A stretch of 64,000 nucleotides of DNA, taken from NCBI RefSeq assembly GCF_009914755.1, contig NC_060938.1; one strand, 5' to 3'. Each line of letters begins with the position of its first letter. The stretch's first letter is position 1. The notes under the pieces were generated by a model. It saw only the letters and a program-made list of their open reading frames with translations, searched no databases and was not told where the DNA came from. The translations under genes and the position numbers were made by a program. Below, piece by piece: positions 50,380 through 64,000 of this stretch. The DNA is from the human T2T-CHM13v2.0 reference genome, Homo sapiens.

Positions 50380-51266
50380 TTAATTACAGCCTCCCTTATA
50401 ACATTAAGCTCCCTTGGGAAAGGTCCTACTTTAAATCCACCTCAGTCATTAGCTTACACAAGGAACAAAGACATGGATTTAACATACATATGGAGATTTG
50501 ACTAACTTGACAAGGAAAATAAGTTTTAAAAGAATCTATTAACATAAAGCAAAAAAAAGCAATTTTTTCACTACTATGGATTCCCAAAAGTAACTTATTT
50601 TTAAAAACCTGCTATTTTTATATGCAATTACTTTTTAAAAAATTCTTCCATAGGTAGACAATGTTGTTTTCATCTCCATTGGTATGATATTATAGCTGAC
50701 CAGTTGGTGGAGCAATTACATTTCCATAACTCTTAATGGCTATTTTGCTTAGGTACTAGTAACTTAATTAGAATCAAGAAAGAGACTATTAATATTCTAA
50801 GAAATAACCAAATGGATCACAAACTTTCAGAAGGAATGACAGAGACAAAAATCACTTCAACAACATCCAGCTCATTGACGACAACGCGTAATTAAATTAA
50901 AGTGATAATTCCACTTACAGTAGCAGGAGTGCTCCCTCTTAACTCACCTTGAAGAGGTAAAGCCCCATCCCAGCAAAGCCACACTCAAGCAGGTATGGGT
51001 AAGAAATGGGAGAAGGTCAGCTCTAGGGCTCTAACTCCAGAGGCATGGGGCTAATTATAGTTTTTAATGGCAAACCTGATACCCTTTTATAAAACCATAC
51101 AGTACAGGCTACAATGTAATTATTAGCCTCTTTGGCTTACACACTTTTCCTAGAGAGACAGCCTGGGGAAAACAGTTTGCTCAATACCAGATTTCTTTAA
51201 AAAGAATGGTTGAAGGAGTGTTTGCCAATCCATCTTTAAGTCCCCCAAAATTGTCGTGGCTACTTA

Positions 51267-51612
<346 letters not shown>

Positions 51613-52329
51613 TTAAATGAAAAAATACAAGAATCAGTATAGATTATGTGGAAAAAATTATCTGAGATCTGAGTAGACCGAAGAACATAAAGAATCAAAA
51701 TACTAAACAGTGGTCTCACTTGAATAGGAGTAATTTTTTTCTTATATTTTCTTTGATTTTCAAAATTTCCTAAAATAAGAGTTTCTTGCTTAAAAAAACT
51801 ATTTTAAGGTGTTGTTTAAAGTAGAAATTTATTCCGAAAAACTTAAAGGAATGAATATGTGCATATGTATACATAAATATATGCAAACTAGTTCTATTGT
51901 TATGAATATAAGGCCATAAAGAATTCAATAGTGCTTTTACATGAATTTATATTTTGTTAATTGTAACAACCAGTGAATAGGTTTATACAGCCAGTGCATG
52001 AGAGAGGTGGGTGACAGTGCCTTGAAGTAATCTAGGTCCTGCAAATCTCAGCCAAGCACCCCAAGTTCTAGCTGTGGCTCCTCTCTTACCGTGTGTACTA
52101 AATAGCACTATCTTAAGGCTATCTAATTACATCTTTATCACAGACACTGATCAGTATAGAGGCTGGGCACCTGCTCTTAGCTGAAATCAAGGACTAACCT
52201 GTGCATGTGGATCAAGTTGTATTGCCTGGCCAGCTGAAGAGAAGAGGACTGATGCAGTTAAAGGGAGGGTGAGAGATTTCATTATTCTATAATCCAAGTT
52301 TCCTGAAGACATGTGTTTTCATAACTAGT

Positions 52330-54000
52330 TTTAAAACAAATATTAAGTATCCATTCTCTACCAAGCACTGTTCTAGACAATGAAGTTAAAGCAGTAAGCA
52401 AAATAGAGATTGCTGCTTTCTGGGAACTTATATTTTATATTGGTGAGACTAATAAACATCAAAACTGTACTATTTTAAATGATGGTAATAAGAAAATATA
52501 GTAGAGAAGAAAGGCAAAGAATGCCTGGAAAGGAGAGGGGGAGGTCACTTTCTGAAAAGGTTGCCAGGGAAAGCCTCCTTGATAAGGTGATACTAAAGTC
52601 AGAGCTGAAATAACCATGAAGATATCCTGGGCAAGAGTTCCAGGGAGAGGGAACAGCAAGCTCAAATATGTAAAACTGAAGCATGCCTGGTATGTCCCCA
52701 AAGCAGCAAGGAGGCAGGTGTGGCTGGAATAGAGTGTGTTTGTGTTGGGGGTGAATTTGAAAAATGAGGTTACCATAATGGGTACTAGACCATGCAGACT
52801 CTAGGCCATTCAGAGAACTTTGGCTTTTACTCCGAGAGGGATGGGAAAGTTTGGGGCACAGGAGTGTCTTGATGTGATTTTTAAAGCCTTGCTCTGGCTG
52901 TTATATTGAGGAATAGACTTTGGAGGGAGAAAACAGGGGCAGAGGAAGGGAGGTTAGTTAGGACTATTGTAATAGCCCAGGAAAGTGACTGTGAAAGTGG
53001 TAAGAAGTGAGAGTATTCTGGATAAATTTTTAAGGTAAAGCTAATGTCATTTGCTAACAGATTGAACATGGTACAAAAGAAAAAGAGGAGTCAAGGACGA
53101 CCTCAAAATTTTGTCTGAGTAACCAGAGAATAGAATTGATATTCATTGAAGTGGGGAAGACTGTGGGAGAAACAAGTATGGTAAAGGTGAGGGAGAAATT
53201 AAGAGTTAGGTTTTAGACATACATATTAAGTGTGAGTTTCTTCTTAGACACCCTGGTGGACATGTCAGGTAGGCAGCTGGATGTATAAGTGTCAAATTGA
53301 AGGGAGAATGTAGATTTATTTGAAGCCATAAGATTGGATATCACTAAGAAAGCGAGTGTGGTTAGACAAGAAGTCCAATGACTAGGCCCCTAGAGGTTGA
53401 AGAGATGAAAAATAATCACCAAAAAAGATGAGTTCATGTCCTTTGCGGTGACATGGATAAAGTTGGAAACCATCATTCTCAGCAAACTAACAGAAGAACA
53501 AAACTAAACACTGCATGTTCTCATTCATAAGTGGGAGTTGAACAATAAGAACACATGGACACAGGGAAGGGAACATCACACACTGGGGCCTGTTGGAGGA
53601 TGGGGGGTTAGGGGAGGGATAGCATTAGGAGAAATACCTAATGTAGATGATGGGTTGATGGATGCAGCAAACCAGCATGGCACGTGTATACCTATGTAAC
53701 AAACCTGCATGTTCTGCACATGTATCCCAGAACTTAAAGTATAATAATAAAAAAAAGAAAAATAATCACCAAAAGAGACAGAGAGGTAGAAGGTAAAAGA
53801 ACAAAAAAAAAAAAAAAAGGAGAAAATTAATAAAGTGTTTCCAGAAGGAAAAACTGAAATGTTACTAGTAGGTCAAGTAAGATGAGAACTGGATTTATCA
53901 GTGTGGAAATCACTGGTGATTTGGCAAATGCAGTTTTGGTGGCTTGGTGGCATGCTGAGAACAAAAGCCTGATTGGAGTGGGTTCAGGAATAAATGAGAA
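52330..54000 (-). mobile_element. L2a-like LINE, interrupted by a short L1PA
   Basis: Reverse L2 3' end (caaatattaagtatcc...ccaagcactgttctag) and body (cagggaaagcctc, gcagcaaggaggcaggtgtggctgga, gtaggcagctggatgtat, aggtcaagtaagatgagaactg). Confidence 0.85.
53425..53756 (+). mobile_element. Short 5'-truncated L1PA7/8-like 3' end
   Basis: L1 3'UTR with poly-A; TSD gaaaaataatcaccaaaa at 53407-53424 and 53757-53774. Confidence 0.93.
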
Positions 54001-54252
54001 CGACATCAGTGGGAATGGTAAGGACCTTCAAAAAACTGCTCCTCCACAGAAGCAATGAGAATGTTGGCAAAATTGTCAAAATTAACTTCTTCAGGGCTCT
54101 AGAAATTAACCAGAGGCTTGGAACAATTTGAAGAACATTCATTCAAGAAGAGAGCCTGAATCTAAGAACAGTGACCTTTGTGGTGTTTTACGTGCCCTAT
54201 TTCTGTCTTCTTCTCCGCAGCTCCACGGTAGCCTTGAAAACCAACAGCCATA

Positions 54253-54599
54253 AAAAAGGATGAGTTCATGTCCTTTGTAGGGACATGGATGAAGCTGGAA
54301 ACTATCATTCTCAGCAAACTATCGCAAGGACAGAAAACCAAACACCGCATGTTCTCACTCATAGGTGGGAATTGAACAACGAGAACACCTGGACACAGGG
54401 TGTGGAACATCACACACGGGGGCCTGTCATGGGGTGGGGGGAGGGGGGAGGCATAGCATTAGGAGAAATACCTAATGTAAATGATGAGTTAATGGGTGCA
54501 ACACACCAACATGGCACAGGTATACATATGTAACAAACCTGCATGTTGTGCACATGTACCCTAGAATTTAAAGTATAATAATAATAATAATAATAAAAA
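54253..54599 (+). mobile_element. Short 5'-truncated L1PA5-like 3' end
   Basis: 3'UTR cctaatgtaaatgatgagttaatgggtgc...caccaacatggc...accctagaa, (TAA)n tail; TSD gaaaaccaacagccata at 54236-54252 and 54600-54616. Confidence 0.92.
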
Positions 54600-55076
54600 G
54601 AAAACCAACAGCCATACAATCACGGTAAGAACAGCAGTCTAGCAGCCACTGGAGGGGAGAGAATGGGATCAGAGCTTCACTCCCAGATAATAGGAAGCTG
54701 TCATTGTTTGACCTGTCTGGTAGTTCCCTGGAAATTCTCACTCACAGGGCTTGCCTTTATTTGATCTAACTGGAATCTTGTTTAGTGCTTTAGTGCAAAC
54801 AGTTGTTTCCCCAGGAGGGTTTGTGAAACAATCACTGGCAATTGTTCAACATTGCAACTTCTTGAGGTGGTGAAGAAAGCTGGGGGTGAACAAGAAGTTG
54901 ATCAGGAAAACTAAGAAAGGGAAAGCCGGGGAATGAGATGTTCATGGAGTTATTCGAAGAGCTCCGACATGTAATTGGCCCTTTGTTTCCACAGGTTTCA
55001 CATCTGTAGAATCAACCAAGCAAGGAGCAAAAATATTTGAAAAAAATAATTGAATAACAAAAATAGAAATAAGCAA

Positions 55077-59230
<4,154 letters not shown>

Positions 59231-59803
59231 AAATACAAATAAGCAATATGAAACTAATTACATAGCACTTACATTGTATTCGGTATTATAAGTAATATAG
59301 AGATGATTTAATGCATGCAGAAAGAGGTGTATCAGTTATCTGCAAATATGACACCATGACATATAACGGACTTGAGCATCCATGGATTTTTTTTTTTTTT
59401 AATTCATGGTAGGCCTGGAACCAATCCCCATGGATGCTGAGGGATGACTGTATACCTGGAAGTCTAGAAGCCCACACACATGTTCAGGGCTGTGCACATA
59501 CCCAGGAAAGATCTGAGAAAGCCCCAAGTTCTTACCTCTGACTGATCTTGAGGCTCTATACATACAAGCAGGAAGTGAAGGCTAAGGCTGAGTTGTAAAC
59601 TGCCTACCTGAGCATTAAAGGCAGGTCCCAACATGCACAGAGTCCCTCAGCAAAGGCTGGGGGACTTATTGGTTCCAGACATTTAAGGACCTATCTGTCC
59701 AAATATTAGCTGACCACTAAGACAGTTGAATAGAGATTTCAGTGGCCACACATGACAAAGGATACAGACTTTACAAAATTACTTCAGGAAGGTCACTAAA
59801 AAT

Positions 59804-60110
59804 TGTTACATAATGAGCCAAACATGGCCTTTGTGTATTGGGTCCCAGATTATTTCTTCACTGCACACAGATTCATTAGCACCAAATTCAAATTTTTATA
59901 TATCCAATTATTAAAATAGCCCAAGCTAGCAAATTTTTAACCTCTTAAAGCCTGCCTGCTTTGCATACTCTGCAAAACCTCACCTGATAGTCACTGCCCA
60001 TTGATAAGGTACAGCCCTGTGGTTATAAGACCCAAGCTACCATGGTTCTTTGCAGCCCTCTGACCCACAGATCGCTTGCTGTGCTGCTGGGTGACAGCAC
60101 CTAGACCTAC
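59804..60110 (+). mobile_element. ERV LTR fragment, family uncertain
   Basis: TG start, aaacatggcctttgtgtattgg...gcaccaaattcaaatttttata...gcctgcctgctttgcatac...tataagacccaagct...gtgacagcacctagac has LTR U3/TATA-like organisation. Confidence 0.5.
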
Positions 60111-60639
60111 CATCCTTTTTGAAATGTTTACTTGGAAGTGTACTCCAACTAACAAAATGTGAATCGAAAATAGTAGAAATTGTGGCATAAGAGGACTAAC
60201 AAACATCTGAACTATTTAAACAAAGTCTAAGTGATCGATGGAAATGTGATCGTCTGAAATAAAATATGTAGAACATTTAAAAAGAAATATTTCAAAAATA
60301 TTTTTAAACATAAATCTGGGCCTAAAGCCATGGAAAATATTAATGGCTAAAGCATAGATTGTGCTGCCTGCAAGTCAGATATCAAGTCCTAATAATACAC
60401 TGCTTAACAGACATGTATGTAAAACAATAGGTGACTCATAGGATAGATTCACATGTAAATATTAAAACAAAACTCCTGACTAAAATATCAGCAAATCAAA
60501 GCCAGCAGTATACTTAAGAGCTGTTTAACCGGGTACAGTTTATTTTGAGAATACAAGAATGGTCTAACAATAAGAAATCTGTCAATGCCATTTGTCACAT
60601 GAGCAGATTAAAGGAGGAAAACAATATGATTTTGTCTGT

Positions 60640-60830
60640 CTTGAGACAGGGTTTTACTCTGCTACCCAGACTATAGTGCGGTGACATGATCACTTCTCAG
60701 TGAAGCCTCGCCTTCCCGGGCTCAGGTGGTCCTACCTGAGACTCCTGAGTAGCTGAGACTACAGGCGCCCACCACCATACTCGGTTAATTTTTTCTGTAG
60801 AGACAGGGTTTTGCCATATTGGCCAGGCTG
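60640..60830 (-). mobile_element. 5'-truncated AluJ
   Basis: ttgagacagggttttactctg...gtagctgagactacaggcg...ggccaggctgg; TSD aatatgatt / aatatggtt. Confidence 0.85.
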
Positions 60831-61014
60831 GAATATGGTTATATCAAAAGGAATCTGACGAAATTTACTATCCATTCACAAAAGGAACTATTAGAAGTCC
60901 CAGAATTTAAAATTTTATAACAATAAAGAACATCCCCCTCAAACTAAATCATAAAAATTCTAGAGGTATTTTTATTAAAGATATGGTTTAGAAAAGAATG
61001 TCTAATATTAACAC

Positions 61015-61245
61015 TATGATCATTTTTGGTTTTAAATATGCCCACAAATTCTTCTGAGGTTTACTTGGAAGCAGATTCTCCAGCCAAGCCTTCAAATTAC
61101 TTTCAGCCTCAACCCAACAACTTGTTGACTGCAACCTCATGAGATGAGAACTACCTGCTCCTGAGTTTCTGAGGTTCAGAAAGTGAGAGATAATAAATTT
61201 TTGTTGTTCTAAGTTGTTACATTTTTGGAATAATTTGTTATACAG
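61015..61245 (+). mobile_element. MaLR (MLT1-type) LTR fragment
   Basis: cttggaagcagattctc...ttgactgcaacctcatgaga...gagagataataaatttttgttgttctaag...taatttgttatacag. Confidence 0.65.
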
Positions 61246-61381
61246 TGATATTGAATGAGTATCCCTTTGTTCAAAAGGTACTAGTAAATATCAATTAGAT
61301 GATTCTTAAAATGAATTATCACTATGGAAATGGAAGAATGGAAGAGACGAAGATTATATGGGTGGATTACTGAATTAAAAA

Positions 61382-61661
61382 TTTTTTTTTGAGACAGGGT
61401 CTTGCGCTGTTGCCCAGGCTAGAGTGCAGTGGCACAAAGACAGCTCACTAAAGCCTTGACCTCTTGGACTCAAGTAATCCTCTAGCTTCAGCCTCCCCAG
61501 TAGCTGGGACCACAGGTGCATGCCACAATGTCTGGCTAATTTCTTAAGACAAATTTTTTGTTAGAGATGGGATTTCACCATTGCTTGGCAGGGCTCAAGC
61601 AATCCTCCTGCCTTGGCCTGCCAAAGTACTGGGATTATAGGCATGAGCCATGTGCCCAGCC
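61382..61661 (-). mobile_element. AluJ
   Basis: Poly-T, gagacagggtcttgc...gggctcaagcaatcctcctgccttggcc...tgtgcccagcc. Confidence 0.9.
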
Positions 61662-61819
61662 TTAAAGTTTAAGAAGTCAAAATCTATAAGAGATAAGTAA
61701 ATATTTCATTGGTCTTAGAACTGGTAAGAAATATTGAAATATAAAAGCAATGGAAAGAATAATCAAAGATGTCTAATATTTATTAAGCACATACTATATA
61801 CTAACTAGAGTAGGTATGT

Positions 61820-62890
61820 GGCAAAATACCACTAGGTATTCACCAGAATGGGTGTAATTAGACTATAACGCTTAATGTTGGCAAAGATGTGGGACAATTG
61901 AGACTCATACATTGCTGCTAGAAGTGTAAAATGGTACAGCCAGTTTGGACAAAGTTTGTCAGTTCCTTAAACAATAAACACATACCCACCTTAGATCCAG
62001 TAATTTCACTTTGAGGTGTTCACCTAGGAAAAATAAAAACTTATATTCTCAAAATGACTTGTATAAGAATATTCATAGCAGCTTTATTCATAATAGTCAA
62101 AAATGGGACTCAGACCAAGGTTTCCATCAATAGGAAAATAGTTAGGTTGATATAGTCATAAAATGGAATAGTAACTAGCAGTAAGAAGGAACAAGCAATC
62201 GATACAGCCAAATGGATAAATCTCAAAAACATTATGCAGGAAGAAATAAGACACAGGAGTACCAACTGTATGATCCCAACGATGTGAGGTTAGAGATGAG
62301 GCAAAACTAATCTATGGGTGGAAGGGGAAGAGGGGAGCCGGGATTAATTGGAAAGTAACATAAGGAGCTTTCTGGGCGTGATGGTAATGTTCTATATCTT
62401 GACAGGGGTTTGGGTTAGAGGTGTCAAATTTGTCAGAGCTCAGTGCATGCACTTAGGATTTGTGCATTTCATTGCATGTAAATTTTATCTTAATAGAAAG
62501 TATCAATATTGAGCTGTAGTTAAAAATATGAATACTGAAGTGTTTAGGAGGATGCGTAGTGATGTCTTCACTGTCTGGAGGGATGAATAGATATATGATG
62601 AAGCAAACATAGTGAAGCAATGATAGAATTTAGGTGATGTGCAAAAATTAGCTTCGCTGTAGGTTTCAACATTTTTTTAAGTTTGTTGGAAAAAACACGT
62701 TTTCAAAGAAATTCAGATACATTGTCAAATTAAAAAGCAGGATAGAATGCTGCATGTGTAAGGTGATATAGTTTAGAGAGAGTGAAAAAACACTAAAAGA
62801 GAAAAGCCAATGGTTATCTTGGGGTGTTGTGGTAATGTGTGATTTTAAATTCTTTTTATTTTCTACACTTTCTACAATAAATATAAAAGA
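61820..62890 (+). mobile_element. Old L1 (L1MC4/L1ME-type) 3' end
   Basis: aatgttggcaaagatgtggga...gtgtaaaatggtacagcc...attcatagcagctttattcataatag...tttctgggcgtgatggtaatgttctatatcttga. Confidence 0.78.
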
Positions 62891-62940
62891 CTTATCAGAA
62901 AAAAAAAACTTATCCCATAAGACTTTTAAAATAGTTTCAA

Positions 62941-63065
62941 GGAGGCAGATTTTAACTTGGAGCATAGAGAAACACTTTCCAATGTCTGGAACTACACGCA
63001 GCTGGAATATATCTCTAAGATGGTAGAAGGTTTTCCGTCTTCCAAGGACCCTGACCCAGGCTGTA
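62941..63065 (+). mobile_element. L3/CR1 remnant
   Basis: ggaggcagattttaactt...agaaacactttccaa...ctggaa...gtagaaggttttccgtc...caggctg resembles the L3 3' end. Confidence 0.4.
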
Positions 63066-64000
63066 AGACCACAAGTAGGAATATCTGAGAGCAGGTTTAA
63101 TCAAGCCATGAGGGGTTTTAGGGTATCCTCAAATTCTGAGATTTGACATGTGAAACAGAAAGTGAAGAAATGAAAAGGCCTCTTGAGTTTTCCTAATCTG
63201 TTCCAAATTCAGTACTACTTTGAAAATAAAAACACTTGGTACTAAAACCAAATTCCTGGTCAAAAACAAACTAAATTTTTTTTTTTTTAAAGCAAAAGCA
63301 CTGATCTGAGATTTCCCCCAGACAGCATACACACAACCTGGTTCGATGTGTAACAGAAAAGTCCTCCTTAACACCCAGAGTTGTTTTAACATCTCAGCTG
63401 TGCTGTAGGTATGGTGGAATAGTAGTGCCACCTCATATTTGCAAAGCGTTTTAGAGGAAGCAGAGCACTTCGACATGTATTATCTAATTCTATGCCGACC
63501 CCGAGACACGCTCTGTAGAGGGAGACAGGATTTCCCAGATACTGCAAAGCTGAAGGCAGTGAGCTTGTTCAGGGGCGCCTGGGCACTGACTCTTCCCCCA
63601 TGTGTGAGGGGTCCTGGTTGGTGCTGCATTTGCCTCAAGAACTAAGAGCTTGAGATTTGTAATCATTTCTTTAAAGAAACATGCAGAGTTAGTTCAAGTA
63701 CATTTTTCTGGCTTTAGTTTCTTTCTCAACCCCTTCAGTGCCCCATCTGGAAGGAATGTTAATGTCAGTGAAATGCCCCATGATGAGCCAAGTGTTCAGG
63801 GAAAAGCTGAGCCATGGTGGGCTGCACTGGGAGAGGTTCTGTCATCCGTGACCACATTATAGTGGCTGTGTGCATTTGAGTGTAGGAGCTTTCCCTGTCG
63901 ATTTGGAATTTATCTCCAGTGATGCACATGGATGCTATTGTCTCTATTTTTCTGTTTTTATTTATTTATTGTAGATGAGGAAACCGAAGTTCAGAGATGA

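Overview
Human non-coding genomic DNA (a human-specific L1HS insertion is present), AT-rich, CpG-poor and heavily occupied by transposable elements. I found no credible cellular protein-coding exon: the recognisable ORFs in the track are broken LINE-1 ORF1/ORF2 fragments, Alu read-through or low-complexity translations. The window holds several L1 copies of different ages, including a 4.2 kb L1PA7-like copy and a very short L1HS pre-Ta insertion with a perfect 16-bp TSD. It also holds eight Alus or Alu fragments, L2/MIR/L3 remnants, LTR33 and MLT1C solo LTRs, the DNA-transposon MITEs MER5A, MADE1, MER85, Tigger3a and MER2, and a 3'-truncated 7SK retropseudogene. I did not find evidence for a new biological system. 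The most unusual observations are: (i) a ~30-bp micro-inversion that flips the 5' end of the 7SK pseudogene together with its target-site duplication; (ii) the probably polymorphic L1HS pre-Ta insertion with a composite tail; (iii) an apparently younger L1PA5-like tract inside the L1PA7-like copy, plus non-consensus variants shared by two inverted L1s; (iv) a MER85 with an intact PGBD3-binding palindrome next to a CTCF-like site; (v) several locally templated duplications and hairpins. Repeat subfamily calls come from remembered consensus sequences, and boundaries of old elements are approximate. The host locus or gene could not be identified.
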